From: Zootoca vivipara
Lineage: Eukaryota
Direction of reading: 5' to 3'
NCBI RefSeq assembly: GCF_963506605.1
Contig: NC_083288.1
Location: 19,840,001-19,904,000 of the forward strand
Length of the DNA: 64,000 nt
Shown in pieces: positions 1 to 12,508 of this stretch. A program made the position numbers and the translations under genes. Within the stretch, counting starts at the first letter, position 1, and each line of letters begins with the position of its first letter. The notes under the pieces are model-generated. The model was not told where the DNA came from. It ran no database searches and saw nothing but the letters and a program-made list of their open reading frames with translations.

Positions 1-548
1 TTACTGCTAATGCCACCACATTCTGGCCTTCTCATTCTCCTCTATACCCAGAAGGGATATTCTGGGCAGATGAAACAGACTCTCATAACAACATGTTAAA
101 GCATTAATTAACAGCACGCTAGGTACTGAATAAATGTAACCCGGGTGACAGAGAAGTTAATTTCAAGGCCTGCATTCAAATTCCACGCCTGCCAAGGACA
201 CAGCTTATGTCCTTGGGCCATAACAGCAGTTCCACAGCAGCTATTTGGGAATGGCAACCGCCTACCTCTCAGGGCTGTTGCAAGATACAGGGAACACAAA
301 GCATTCTGGAAATTAATTGCTGCTGCTATAGACGTATTTTTGTGCTGCTAATAGCAGCCTTTGCCAAAGAGCTTACCGTCTATGGGTGCATAGTGGGAAT
401 TACTTAGCATGTGCAGCAGCTGTGAAAAAGGCAAATTCCATGTCATGGTTTGCTAGGAAAGGGATCCAAAATAAAAACTGCCTGCATCATGCATTTTGAC
501 AAACCTAGGGTACAACAATCATATTCAACTGGGTACAATTCTGCTTAA

Positions 549-886
549 AGGTAAAGGGACCCCTGACCATTAGGTCCAGTCGTGACCGACTCTGGGGTTG
601 CAGCGCTCATCTCGCATTATTGGCCGAGGGAGCCGGCGTATAGCTTCCAGGTCATGTGGCCAGCATGACAAAGCCGCTTCTGGCAAACCAGAGCAGCACA
701 CGGAAACGCCGTTTACCTTCCCACTGTAGTGGTTCCTATTTATCTACTTGCATTTTGACGTGCTTTCGAACTGCTAGGTTGGCAGGATCTGGGACCGAGC
801 AACGGGAGCTCACCCCGTCACAGGGATTCGAACCGCCGACCTTCTGATCAGCAAGCCCTAGGCTCAGTGGTTTAACCACAGCGCCA
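549..886 (-). mobile_element. Sauria SINE with 68-bp flanking direct duplication
   Basis: (ACCTTT) tail and tRNA-like head with GGTTCGAATCC B-box on the minus strand; 481-548 is identical to 887-954. Confidence 0.9.
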
Positions 887-2099
887 CCTGCATCATGCAT
901 TTTGACAAACCTAGGGTACAACAATCATATTCAACTGGGTACAATTCTGCTTAACACCCCTCAAAAAGAGAGTTGGGAAAGGTGAAGGGCAACTCAAATA
1001 ATCAAGAAATTACAATATTTGGGACTCGTTAGTTTAGAAAGAAGGCAAGTAAGGAGGAAATGAGAGAGGTCTGATTTAGCAGGCCAATTTTTTCATTGCA
1101 CAATTTTTATATGTTTCAAATTTCCCATTGCCCCTTTAACCCCTAGAAAAATCCTTTACAGCACTGTGGGCTAAAGGAACATTTTAAATCATGTTATTTA
1201 TTATGACTACAAAACTATTTTTTATCATATTGTTGATTATGAATGCAAACCTAAACTTGTGACCAAGTCCTAGATAAAATAAAGTGAGTATGTTCCGCAA
1301 TGCACTGTTAACTGTGCAACACAATGGGAGATACTGGGATGTCTCTCACTCCCCAAGTTTATATGGTTAGCAGCAGGAGAGAGGCTGATCTCTGCAGGGG
1401 GGGGGGGGAGAAGTCAGCCTAAATAAAACTTCACACCTTTCCATCACATGTAAACCAAGCAAGCCAACTTCAGGAAAGAAGAAAACCAAAGCCAAAAGTT
1501 TGGGCTTAAACAACAATTCCAAATAATTTTAATTCCAAAGAAGTTTCTAAAAATGAGTTGTCTCATCCTTGGATGCTACACTCTAGCAAGGCGTATATAT
1601 ATATATATATCTAAGATGAAGCTCTAATTATGTTATATGCCAATTGTAATCTGATAACAGAACAAGGAAGTTGAGCTTGGGGAGGAAACAATCGAGGATA
1701 TCCTCCTTACAGGGATGCTCGAGCATAAGGTTATCATCTTCAGGGCTGTAAAAGCCACTGTTGATCCTAAATCCACCTGGGCTGTTGTAATCGGGAGTTT
1801 ATACCCCCAAACTCTTGCTTAACCGATACACACCACCACTCCCTTTAAGAGCTACAAGCCATATGGAAATGCAACAGGTGCAGCTCCCCTCCACTACTGC
1901 ACCTGCATACCGGCCACGTCCCACCAGTTGTTGGACTACAACTCCCATCATCCCTAACCACCGGCCATGCTGGCTGGGGCCGATGGGAGTTACAACAACA
2001 TCCAGAGGGCCTCCGGTCCCCCACCCTCGCTTATGGGGAATTCCTTGCAGACGCTGAATCGCTGCCAAGAAAGTAGGGCAGTTAATCTTTCCTGGGCGA

Positions 2100-2900
2100 G
2101 TTGATGGAGAAGGAAAACTCTCCCTGCCGCATTCCGCCCTCAGAAGTACCGTATGTACCGGCAGGATGAGATGCCCGGGGAATTAACGCGCGTACTACGC
2201 ACTCTGCACACGCTCAGGAACACTACCCCTTCCTAACCCACCCACACCTTCCGGGCCAGAAATCTGGAAAGCGGGAGGTTCTGGCATTTGCCTCCATCCT
2301 CGTCCGGGGAGTGGAAAGTCCCTCACCGTTTGATGCGGAGCAGGCAAGCAGGGCTCGGCCTCTCGCCGTCCCAGTCGCCGCTGGTGGTGGGGTCCCAGAA
2401 GGCCGAGTGCGAGAGGAGCACCCCGGCCGCGGCGGCCGCAGCGGCCGAGCTGGGGATCCCGGGGACCGAGGCCCCGCCAGACCCGACTCCCGCACCCGCT
2501 CCGGATGCGGCCCCGGCCGACCCGAGCCCCGCCACCGCCAAGAGCTCGGCCGGCAGGAAGACCCCGGGCCCGCCGCCGCCGCCGCCGCCCGCTCCAGCTC
2601 CCGGCCCTGCGCTCGCCAGCGGCGCCGCCAGCACCGCGGCCGCAGCCGCCTCCTCGGCAGCCGGACTCTCCGCCATCATCGCCAACAGCCCCGGCTACGC
2701 TTCCGGGACCTCCGACGCCAGCGACGGGCGGGCAGAGCGGACCTCTAAGCGCCGCCCACAGTCGACGGCGCCGCACGGCGGCCACAGAGTGCCGGAGTCC
2801 CAGAGCGCCCAGACGGGAAACAGAAACACCCGTGAACCAAAGGGGTAGCATATCGAAAGCCCCCACTTCCGGCGCCCATGAGAATCCTCCCTATGCAGGA
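2100..2900 (-). promoter_or_regulatory. CpG island / UBE2Z promoter
   Basis: Very GC- and CpG-rich; ETS/GABP motif ACTTCCGG at 2865-2872 upstream of the ATG. Confidence 0.8.
2327..2679 (-). CDS. UBE2Z: Ubiquitin-conjugating enzyme E2 Z (USE1), coding exon 1; the rest of the gene lies left of the window
   Basis: Translation (M)[13 protein letters not shown]...[31 protein letters not shown] matches the recalled UBE2Z N-terminus (MAESPTEEAA...[28 protein letters not shown]). Donor CG|GTGAGG at 2326-2321. Tandem ATGs at 2679 and 2676. Confidence 0.95.
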
Positions 2901-3261
2901 CATTCGAAAACTCGAATAAGCAATTATTCGATGCCGCCTTTTGGATTTTAAGTCTTAGGTGTCTGTCTGTCTGTCTGTCTGTCTGTTTATTTATTCAGGG
3001 GTTGGTGTTTTTGTATGTCGCCCCTATACCCGCAGATCTAAGGGCAGTTAGAGATTTCAAAAATCTCCAGGGCTTCAAAAGAGCTGCACGGCAGGCAGCA
3101 ATTCAACAGGTACAGCCTCATGGCTTTTCAGACGCACTGAAGCCCTGCCCTTGTCCAGCACGCGCTGCTTGCTTTCTACTCCGGGGGTGATGGTGTTGAA
3201 GGGTGGGATGTTTTCAAATCTCCATCAAGCTCCTCTCTCGGCTGTTGATTACTACAGCAGC

Positions 3262-4249
3262 CAGGGTGGATAAAAATCAATGATTTTTAAAAAAAAAAAT
3301 CAAAAAAATCGGATTTTTTTGATTTAAATCGGATTTTTTTGATTTAAATCGATTTTTTTGATTTAAATTGGATTTTTTTAATAAAATGCTTTTTGAGGAA
3401 AACATATTACCATCCAAAGGTTATTCCATCATGAAATAAAGATTAGTTTTTTAATTTTGTAGTATAAGGTTGTATATGTTTAATTTTGGGGGTAAATAAA
3501 TTCCATTAATCCATTCACAATGTCATGCTCTTCCAGAGGTTTTTGTAAGATTATTGGGCAGTTTCTCTGCCTACAAGATATTATCACAGGTGCTTGGTTT
3601 ACTTTTGCAGTTCTCAAAACTGAATTTGACTCAACAGAGATCACATGCCTCTTCTTCACAGCAAAAATGTTATAACATGAACAGAGTTGAGAAAAAGACC
3701 TTAATCCTATTGTTCTACAAACCTATGAATACAGAAACAACCCCTTCAGTGCTAAGTTTCAAGAAGTTCAGTGAATAGAATAGAAACAATATTTTTCTGA
3801 TTGTTTGGAGTGGACAGTGTTTAAGTTTTTCATGTGTAGGCTGGGCTGACAGTCTAAGTTTCTTAAAATATATATATTTTGTTTTTGTTTAGCCAAATTA
3901 GTTAACAAACATGGATGTTTGTTTAAGCAAATAACATTTGCTGAAATGTTATTGTTTCAGTTGAAGAAATCTATTTAAATTGTTATTATTAAGGTAATGA
4001 TTATTTTTTTCCTTCCTAAGTACAACAGTAAAGTTGTCCAAATATGAATGATTAACCTATTAAACTGGGGATAACAAAACTAATATGAAAAGTTGTTATT
4101 CTCAAAATCTTCATCTACTTGCATAATAAAGTTATACCAGCAAGAATTAGTCTTTATGATTTAAATCAACTATGATTTAAATCAAGCCTTACTGACTAGT
4201 GATTTAAATCGTGATTTAAATCAGTTTGATTTAAATCAAATCCACCCTG
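3262..4249. mobile_element. Non-autonomous hAT DNA transposon, about 990 bp, copy 1
   Basis: TIRs CAGGGTGGAT...ATCCACCCTG; 8-bp TSD ACAGCAGC; subterminal arrays of the palindrome GATTTAAATC; near-identical copy at 28328-29320. Confidence 0.92.
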
Positions 4250-4392
4250 ACAGCAGCCATTCCATGAGGCTGCAGGAGAGGTTGAGAGAAGGGATTTCCC
4301 ACCCACCCCTCTGTTATGCTGACAGACCATGCTCCTCCCCCTTGAAATCTTTCCAATACAGCTGTTCTCTCGCAAAGTAACTAAGAGATAGT

Positions 4393-4571
4393 TACAGGTA
4401 GGTAGCCGTGTTGGTCTGACGTAGTCAAAACAAAATTAAAAAATCCTTCCAGTAGCACCTTAGAGACCAACTAAGTTTGTCATAACTATGAGCTTTCGTG
4501 TGCATGCTCATACCTATGACAAACTTAGTTGGTCTCTAAGGTGCTACTGGATGGATTTTAAAATTTTGTTT
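4393..4571. mobile_element. Penelope-like element remnant (inverted-repeat form)
   Basis: Inverted repeat CCAGTAGCACCTTAGAGACCAACTAAGTTTGTCATA / TATGACAAACTTAGTTGGTCTCTAAGGTGCTACTGG resembling reptile Penelope ends; 15-bp flanking direct repeat TAACTAAGAGATAGT (4378-4392, 4572-4586). Confidence 0.7.
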
Positions 4572-5149
4572 TAACTAAGAGATAGTGCTCGATTTTGCTT
4601 TCCCCCGATCAATCTCTTTTCGCTTTGTGCCTTTTACATTGTATGCAGAGACTGTCTTATCGCTGACAACGGTCAGTCTTTAATTGGGGGAAGGGGGCTG
4701 GAAATTGCGACAAATAAAGAACTGCAACACAAGGGATCTTAGCTCGTAAGTTATACAACCCTTTACCACTGAGGTGCTGGGCAGAAATTCAGCAGGCAAA
4801 TCTTTTCATCACTGAATTGCCATCTGTTCAATTGCAGCCGGGGACGAGGCTTTTTAGGCTGCAGTTCAACCTACATTTTCTTGCGGGTAATCCCCGTTGA
4901 ACTCAATACATCCGTGCATAAGATTACGCAGTTAAAAGCGCAAGGTCCTTTCCAGGGGAATAAATCCCACTCTTGTGGTATAGCTTCTTTTGCACAGACT
5001 TTGGATGGACTGGGCATGGTTAATCCAAAGCACTGTAGCAAAAGCGGGAGGCAAAGGCTCAACTCCGCCCACTTTATCTGCCATTTTGCGTTAATTCATG
5101 TTGGCCTCCTAAATTCTTGGATCTAGGAGCAACATTGGAAAATCTGCTT

Positions 5150-5740
5150 TCTAGGGGTGGGGCACAAGAAAGCTCTAGGCCCCGCCCACATAAGTTCCTC
5201 TTCCAGACGTCACGCCATTACGTCACACCGGAACTGGCCGAAGAGTTTTCCTTTTCAGGGAGAGATCAACGTTATTTCTCCGCCCCCTCGTCTCAAACGC
5301 GCCACTCATCCAGCCTTATACCCATTTTTACTCAAAAGCAGTTTCCACGCGACTTTTTTTTCTCGCGCGTGTTCAAGGATCGAAGCTGTCTCTCGCGCAT
5401 GCGCAGCAGCAACTAACTAGGCCCTCCTCGGAAATTCCCTGTGATCGAGGTACAGCCCCGCCCCTCGCTCCCTGCCCTTTTCCCCTCGGGTTCCCACCCC
5501 CGACACCCATCACCTCCCACAACCGCCAACCCTCCCAACCTCTTCACGTCCCTCTAACGTAGATCTCTCTCAACCGCCATTCACCATAGAGACTGCACGT
5601 CCTCCGTTCCCTAGAGCGTATCCTTGCTCCACCATAGAACGCCCTAGAGCGCTCCCGGAAACGTCGGTATCCAAAGGGGCGCCCATGTAGTCAGGAACTT
5701 GGGGAAGCACCGGGTGTGGCTGTGGGTGTGTTTAGTGGCG
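5150..5740. promoter_or_regulatory. CpG island with promoter-type motifs and no assigned gene
   Basis: GC box 5180-5187; CRE-like GACGTCA 5206 and TTACGTCA 5218; ETS CCGGAA 5228; NRF1 GCGCATGCGCA 5395-5405; NF-kB-like GGAAATTCCC 5430-5439; YY1-like CCGCCATT 5574. Confidence 0.7.
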
Positions 5741-6155
5741 GGGTGCCTGGGTTTAAAACCCCTGAAGGAAAAGGACCCCCTTTTAGGATGACGTTCTGTT
5801 GTTGTGAGTTAAATATCTGCACCATTTAAGGGAAATCTTACCAAGTCCAGGAAAGCTCTGAAGGTCACCGAAGTTCTGCCCTTTAACGAACCAAGGGTTA
5901 GCAAAGTTCAAACGGAACCCCTCGCACTAAATAAAGTATGTTCGTTGTAGCTTTACTTAAGAAATCATAGAATTGCGGAGTTGGAAGGGACCACGAGGGT
6001 AATCTAGTCCAACACCCTGCAATGCAGTTGTTTTTTGTTGTTTTTTTGCTGAAGGTAGGGGCTCCAACCTATGACCTTGAGAATAACTTTAAAAATTATT
6101 TCAAACAGACTGAACGAGGAACAGGAAATGGGCTTATACGGAATCAGGCCATAGG

Positions 6156-6156
<1 letters not shown>

Positions 6157-6204
<48 letters not shown>
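6157..6204. repeat. (GATA)n microsatellite
   Basis: Direct reading. Confidence 0.95.
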
Positions 6205-6205
<1 letters not shown>

Positions 6206-6621
6206 CATAACTTGCACATTTGGTACTTGCCAGGACTCCTCGAATGGAAATATAGGGTTAGGTGTCCTAAGGTTCAGACTTCCCTGTCTTTATATGGGGA
6301 GGTTTTGAACAGGGATAAAAGCCCCCTTTTTCTGTAACATCCATGTTTTGTCACAAAACACAGAATTTTGGGGCTAAAAACGAGACTGAAATGAGTCCTT
6401 TAACACTATATGGCAGCGTAGATTAACATTTCTGAAAGATGGTTCCCACCCCCCACCCTGGTCTCTTCTGAATCTTCCCTGAATCAAACAGTATTTCAAA
6501 ATGGCAGTGTTAACATTGCTATTGGGAGCTGGATATGCAGCATTCTGCTGCGGATCCCCATTGTTGCATGGTTTTTAAATATGCCTAGTTTGTTAAAGTG
6601 GATTATTGTCCTGACTAGAAA

Positions 6622-6866
6622 TAGTCGTACCTCAGAAGTCAAACAGAATCCGTTCTGGAAGTCCATTCAACTTCCAAAACATACCAAGGAGTGGCTTCCA
6701 ATTGGCTGCAGGAAGTTCCTGCAGCCAATTGCAAGCCGTGGAATCTGTGTTGGATGTTCAGGTTCCAAAAGAATGTTAGCAAACCGGAACATTCACTTCC
6801 AGGTTTGCGGCATTCAGGAGCCAAAACATTCGAGAACTAAGCCGTTAGAAAACCAAGGTACAACTG
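6622..6866. mobile_element. Tc1/mariner (Tigger-like) MITE
   Basis: Degenerate AGTCGTACCT...AGGTACAACTG termini followed by TA. Confidence 0.7.
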
Positions 6867-7340
6867 TAAATCTAAAGAGTCTTCAAATATGAGATACTCA
6901 TTGGCATGCCAACTTTATGAGGGATTAGAATTTACTAGTCTCAGGGTGCAGATAAGCTTTTTTAATTTTTGTAACCATGTATTTAAATGTCCTGGGCTTT
7001 CATACCCTTTCCAGTTGCTAAGGGCAGTAAATTTGCTTTAGTAGTATAGATCATCCTTCCTGTTCCTTAGGCAAACTCTTTATGGAATTGTGGGCCTGAT
7101 GACATTCCAATTGTATCCTTCAAGCAGGTTGTAGAACTGTTCTCTTCCTACAATATTTCTTAGTGTATGGGGGCTAATAGTGGCACTGACTTTTTAGCCA
7201 ACTGTATTTTATTGTATATTACAAAAGGCCAGATTGATTTGGCACATATAATTTTTCTTCCCCTTCTCAATATGTGTATATTTAAGAATTACGAGCAAGC
7301 TGTTAGGATGAAAAGCACAAAACAAAAAACTTGAATCTTA

Positions 7341-7346
7341 TTTATT
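7341..7346 (-). terminator. ATP5MC1 polyadenylation signal AATAAA
   Basis: TTTATT on plus, about 100 nt past the ATP5MC1 stop codon. Confidence 0.75.
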
Positions 7347-7448
7347 TTGAGAAAGTTTGTTTAAATCTGTTAACACCCTGGAAAGGGAGGCAGGCTCAAA
7401 CTGGAGAGGACACAGACAGACAGCAGCTGCAGCGTAGCTCCAAGGCTT

Positions 7449-7563
7449 TCACATGGCAAACAAAATGAGGAATGCCACCATCAAACAGAAGAGCCCCATG
7501 GCCTCTGAGAGGGCAAAACCCAGGATAGCGTAAGAAAACAGCTGCTGCTTGAGGGATGGGTTC
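7449..7563 (-). CDS. ATP5MC1: ATP synthase Fo subunit c isoform 1, last coding exon
   Basis: Encodes (R)[37 protein letters not shown], the invariant subunit c C-terminus with the proton-carrying Glu; acceptor CCTACAG. Confidence 0.97.
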
Positions 7564-8459
7564 CTGTAGGTAGAACAGAAGAGAAATCTGTAAGGTAAAA
7601 TCCCATTGGCTTTTCAAAAAAAAAAAATCTGCAATAGGCTTCCCAAAGCCCACTCTTAAAAATGTATTTGTAGAACCTCAGAGTGAACACAGGGAAAGCT
7701 TTGTTAACTACCAGTCGTAGATATATCCACCACATCTCACTTAAAGATGTTTTGATTGTTCTTAAAGGTATCCAACCATGGAAATATGCTTTACAAAGAA
7801 CCACATATTTCAAGCCTCGTCATTAGTAATTTGTGGTTCATAGAGTTGAAGGAAGGAGAGGCAAGACAGAAGACTGGGGGGAAGCATCCCTTAATTTAAA
7901 TTTTTAAATACATGGGTACATTCTAATAAATCATACTACTGTATGTTCCAAAATCTGTGAAGATACTTTGACTGAATAAAAACATTTATGTGCTCACATA
8001 CTTTCGAACCACGGACATACTTCAACAAGCAGGAACATTTAAAGAGAAAAAATATTCTTCAATCCATACATAGACAATAATTGCTTCTTTAGCACACAAA
8101 AATTTACATCGAGAATGGAGAGACAATAACCCAGGTATGAGCACTGTGTGTACAATACAAGCTGATTCTTACATTAAAGGTAGCTTTGGTTATGATCTTT
8201 TTAACAGTGACACCTTTGACACTATTGGTTCGAAAAAGGTATTTTTCTCATCAGCAAGACACTTGACAAGAAAATTCCATGCAGATTCCACCAATTCCTT
8301 TCTATTGCAGCTTTCCCTAGCTGGGGTTTCCAATCACTGTCAGCTGCCTTAAAAAAACCTGCTTCTCCCAAGAGGAATGCATTTGTGGTAAAAGTCTTCA
8401 CACAAAAATCTAAACTGCCTGCTGAAACAAAGCAGAAATGCTTTCCGCAAGCTAACTTA

Positions 8460-8780
<321 letters not shown>

Positions 8781-9199
8781 TTATTAGAAGCTTTGAAGCC
8801 AACGAGGGCCTCCACTGGGGGCAGGTGGGAAATAGCGGCTCAGCTGGGTGGATCACTAAGAATGAAGAACAGGGCTGGCTCAACCGATGGATTTGTGATC
8901 CGTACGAGAACCAAGCTTGCCATTTCTTTCAGAAAATAATTCTTTCCCTAGTAAGCTAATGTGGGTGGGGCTTTTTATAATTGCTGATATTGTTAAAAGA
9001 GTCAGGAATCCTTGCCAAACAGATCAAAGACTGCCTTCTGCTCACCTCCAGGGCAGGGGCAGGCCATACCAAAGACAGGGTAGAGAAGAAAGAAGGGGAG
9101 AGGCAATGGCCTTGGACACAGACTACTAGTTTTCTAAGCATTGGCAGTGGGGGAGTGGGGAGAGAGAACAGCAAATAATGCCACTTAGGTGTGTCTGCC

Positions 9200-9530
9200 T
9201 ATATACCTGAAGGAGCGTCTCCACCTCCATCGCTCTGAGGTCCAGTGCCGAGGGCCTTCTGGCGGTTCCCTCGCTGCAAGAAGCCAAGTTACAGGGAACT
9301 AGGCAGAGGGCCTTCTCGGTAGTGGCCTAGGGCGTGGAACGCCCTCCCACCAGATGTCAAAAAGAAAAATAACTACCAGACTTTTAGAGGACATCTGAAG
9401 GCAGCCCTGTTTAGGGAAGCTTTTAATCTTTAAGAAATTAATGTATTTTAATATTTCTGTTGGAAGCCACCCAGAGTGGCTGGGGAAACCCAGCCAGATG
9501 GGCGGGGTATAAATAATAAATTATTATTAT
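9200..9530 (+). mobile_element. L2-type LINE 3' end fragment
   Basis: Ends in GGAAGCCACCCAGAGTGGCTGGGGAAACCCAGCCAGATGGGCGGGGTATAAAT plus (ATT)n; the same tail recurs near 38740-38830 and 57570-57680. Family assignment from recall. Confidence 0.6.
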
Positions 9531-10185
9531 CTGCCAGGTCATTGGCTGGAACAGAAATGCAGGTCTCTAGCAGACATAACTGTTGTTCAGTCACTGTATT
9601 GAAACCTTAAGGGTGTGTGTGAAATGACCTCCCTTGTAATCCAGTTAAGAGATGTAACAACAACAAATATGCAGATTCTGAAAATCTGTTTGATGTACAA
9701 ACAGAGATATGCCTACCACACACACAAAGAATACCAATTCTTAATATTCCCCAATCCAGTAGGAGCAAAAGGGAATTCTGGGGAAAACTACTCAATGTAA
9801 ATGTTAGAATAGCAACGAAAGTTTCATGAAGGATTACATTTATGCAATTTCCTATCTAAAAGGTGTTTTAAAATGAGCAAGGAGGGTGACCAGTTGAAAC
9901 AAACACTGACAAGTTAGTTTTTCAACACTGTGTAACAGCATGCTTTTTTAAATGAAGGACATAATGATTTTGAAGTACTGCTTGCTTTTGAATTTTTAAA
10001 GTATTAACATGGACTCTAAAAGAAGCAACAAGACAGTAGCTTCTGCCAGAAAAAAAATGTCCCTTATATTATGCTGACGGTGTAGAAGAGCTTCTGCAGG
10101 ATTTATTCCAGTATTGCTCACACTGGCCAGGCTTCCTCAAACTCAGCCCTCCAGATGTTTTTGGCCTACAACTTCCATGATCCCT

Positions 10186-11260
10186 TTTGGGGGGGGATAT
10201 ATTTATTAATTTTATAAAAGGAACAAAAACAATCAATTCACATTAATAATCCACCCATACAAAATAGTTCACCAACACATAAAAAAGCACAAAAACAACA
10301 GCAGCAAAAATACAAAAAAGACAAAAGAAGAGGGGGGGAGGAGAATATTACTCTTAACTTTTTCATCACATTGTGGACTTCCTCAGATCTCCCCTCATTG
10401 GGTCCCTATTAAAATTAACCTTTAAGCAGTTTTCACATTATTTTAAACCTCTTATTACAATTCTCTTTTTTTTTCTTATTACAATTCTCTATACCTTTCA
10501 ATTCAATATCAATCTATAAACCCACAATTTATATTATTAACATTCAAACAATTCATATCTCTAAAAAAAATTCCAATATCTAATCTTGCAATTATTTCTC
10601 TCCTTAGGTTATAATTTTTACCAACAATGATTCACAATTTATAATATTACAACTTCTCTCATAATAACTTTAAACTAAAAACAATTTCATCCGCCCCTCT
10701 CCTGGATCTAGATTTCCCAGGTGGCTCAGCGAATTCCGTAATTCATTCCAGTATCGGATCTTTCCAATCAATCCATCCTAACATCAAGCATTTAAAATTT
10801 TAACCCACTCCCACCCTTTCCCGAAATCTGACTTTTTAAAGACAGCTTTGCTGTTTCTTCCCTTTTCCACCTGTTTCCCAAATCCTCCATCTACCTTCCC
10901 ACTTTCCCAGAGTGTACATTGCCCTCCCTCTTTCACTAGGAGAGCAACAATATCCTCTGGTTCTCCCTCGAGGAGCCCTTGGTCCACATCTAAATCCTGT
11001 TCCACATCTCCCACTTGTGGCGCATTCCAATCTTCTTCCTCCTCTTCTTTGCAACACTTAGGTTCCTTATTACTTGTGGCATTGTCTGAAGTTGGTAGTT
11101 GCTCTTCTTGTTCCTCTGCATAATCCAATACTGTCTCTTCTCCAAATTCAATATCCAAGCAGTTCCTATCACTTTCTTCACTTAGTTGTTTATTAGCTTC
11201 ACGCAGCTGCTTGTTATTCCTGGCCAGTTCCTGTTTAATGTCTGTTTAATGTCTGCCCAG
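10186..11260 (-). mobile_element. Unclassified retroelement-like insertion truncating a MITE
   Basis: Abrupt break of a hAT MITE near 10185; strongly skewed composition; broken acidic, coiled-coil-like ORF on minus (10784-11158). Confidence 0.35.
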
Positions 11261-11987
11261 CATCAAGTTGAGAAAGACTACAATGGGATATACGAAATGA
11301 TGCTGTTTCTCAAGCCTTGAATCCCATAGACCAGGCATACGCAAACTCAGCCCTCCAGATGTTTTGGGACTACAACTTCCATGATCCCTAGCTAGCAGGA
11401 CCAGTGGTCCGGGATGATGGGAATTGTAGTCTCAAAACATCTGGAGGGCCGAGTCTGATGAAGCCTGCACTAGGCCAAGTGCAGGGAACCTTTGATGCTC
11501 CAGTTGTTGCTGAACTCCAACTTGCATCAAGGCCAGTGGCAAAACATGATGGGAGTTGAATTTTAGCAACTTTTGGAGAGCCACAGATTCCCCACACCTT
11601 TTCTAGGTCACAAGGGAAGAGACTTCTTACACCAGCACTACTACACTTTTTCAAAGGGTGAAACTGGTTTAATTACGCATGGCAGCATCAGTTCCTCTTC
11701 TAGATACTCTGATGAAGCTAAGCAGTCAATGTAATGTAAGAGGCAGCTAGTGCTAACCTTTGAGTTTGAAAGAAGTTAATACTGTTCCTACATCATGAGA
11801 AAATAATGTATAGAGTTATAATTAATAGAAAACAGTTTCTATTTAGCATAGAGTTTTATTGTTTGGCTGTAGTTTGGTATCACTGTATGATGCTGTTAAC
11901 CATTTGTTTTGCTCCTTTTTGTAAATAAAATCGAGGTACAAACAAAAACTGAAGATAGCAATGAAGAGTCATGCTGTTTATTCTTAC

Positions 11988-12065
11988 CTGCAGAGTCTGA
12001 GTCTCTGGCCTGCTCAATATAGACAGGGAAGCTGGCCTGGTTAGAGCTCGAGAACAGCAGCGGAA
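11988..12065 (-). CDS. ATP5MC1: ATP synthase subunit c1, coding exon 2 (mitochondrial transit peptide)
   Basis: FRCCSRALTRPASLSILSRPETQTLQ resembles human IRCCTRGLIRPVSASFL...; acceptor TTTCTTTCCAG, donor CAG|GTAAGA; 78 nt. Confidence 0.93.
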
Positions 12066-12371
12066 CTGGAAAGAAAAACATTAAATTCATATCAGGATAT
12101 AAAGAACTGCTCTATTCAGAGACCAATGCAATCTGTTGTGACTGACAGTGGCTCTTCAGCATCATAGCGAAATGTATTTCCTAGCTATCCCACTTGATCC
12201 TTCAAATGGTAGATTTTAAGGATTTATCTTGATATTAGATACTTGCAAGATTTATTCTATACCCAACTGGTGATGAGGCACTTTTGCGCTGATCAGAAGG
12301 CAGTTCTCTTTCAAGACAGGTATGCCTATTCATCATCTAATGTAAATTCTCTGTGGCAGGAGATTCTAGAT

Positions 12372-12508
12372 CAGGCATAGGCAACCTTGGCTCTCTAGAT
12401 GTTTTGGAACTACAATTCCCATCATTCCTGACCACTGGCCCTGTTAGCTAAGGATCATGGGTGTTGTAGTACCAAAACATCTGGAGAGCCAAGTTTTGCC
12501 TGTGCCTG
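12372..12508. mobile_element. hAT (Charlie/Buster-type) palindromic MITE
   Basis: CAGGCA...TGCCTG termini; 8-bp TSD TTCTAGAT. Confidence 0.85.

Noticed and set aside
2195-2951. Several long overlapping ORFs on both strands
   Set aside because: Stop-poor GC-rich CpG island; only the UBE2Z frame has homology and a splice donor.
3290-3380. Regularly spaced GATTTAAATC repeats resembling a CRISPR-like array
   Set aside because: Eukaryotic DNA, no unique spacers; these are subterminal repeats of a hAT transposon.
10784-11158. 124-aa acidic ORF as a nested host gene
   Set aside because: Low complexity, no recognisable domain or splice structure, and lies within an insertion that truncates a MITE.
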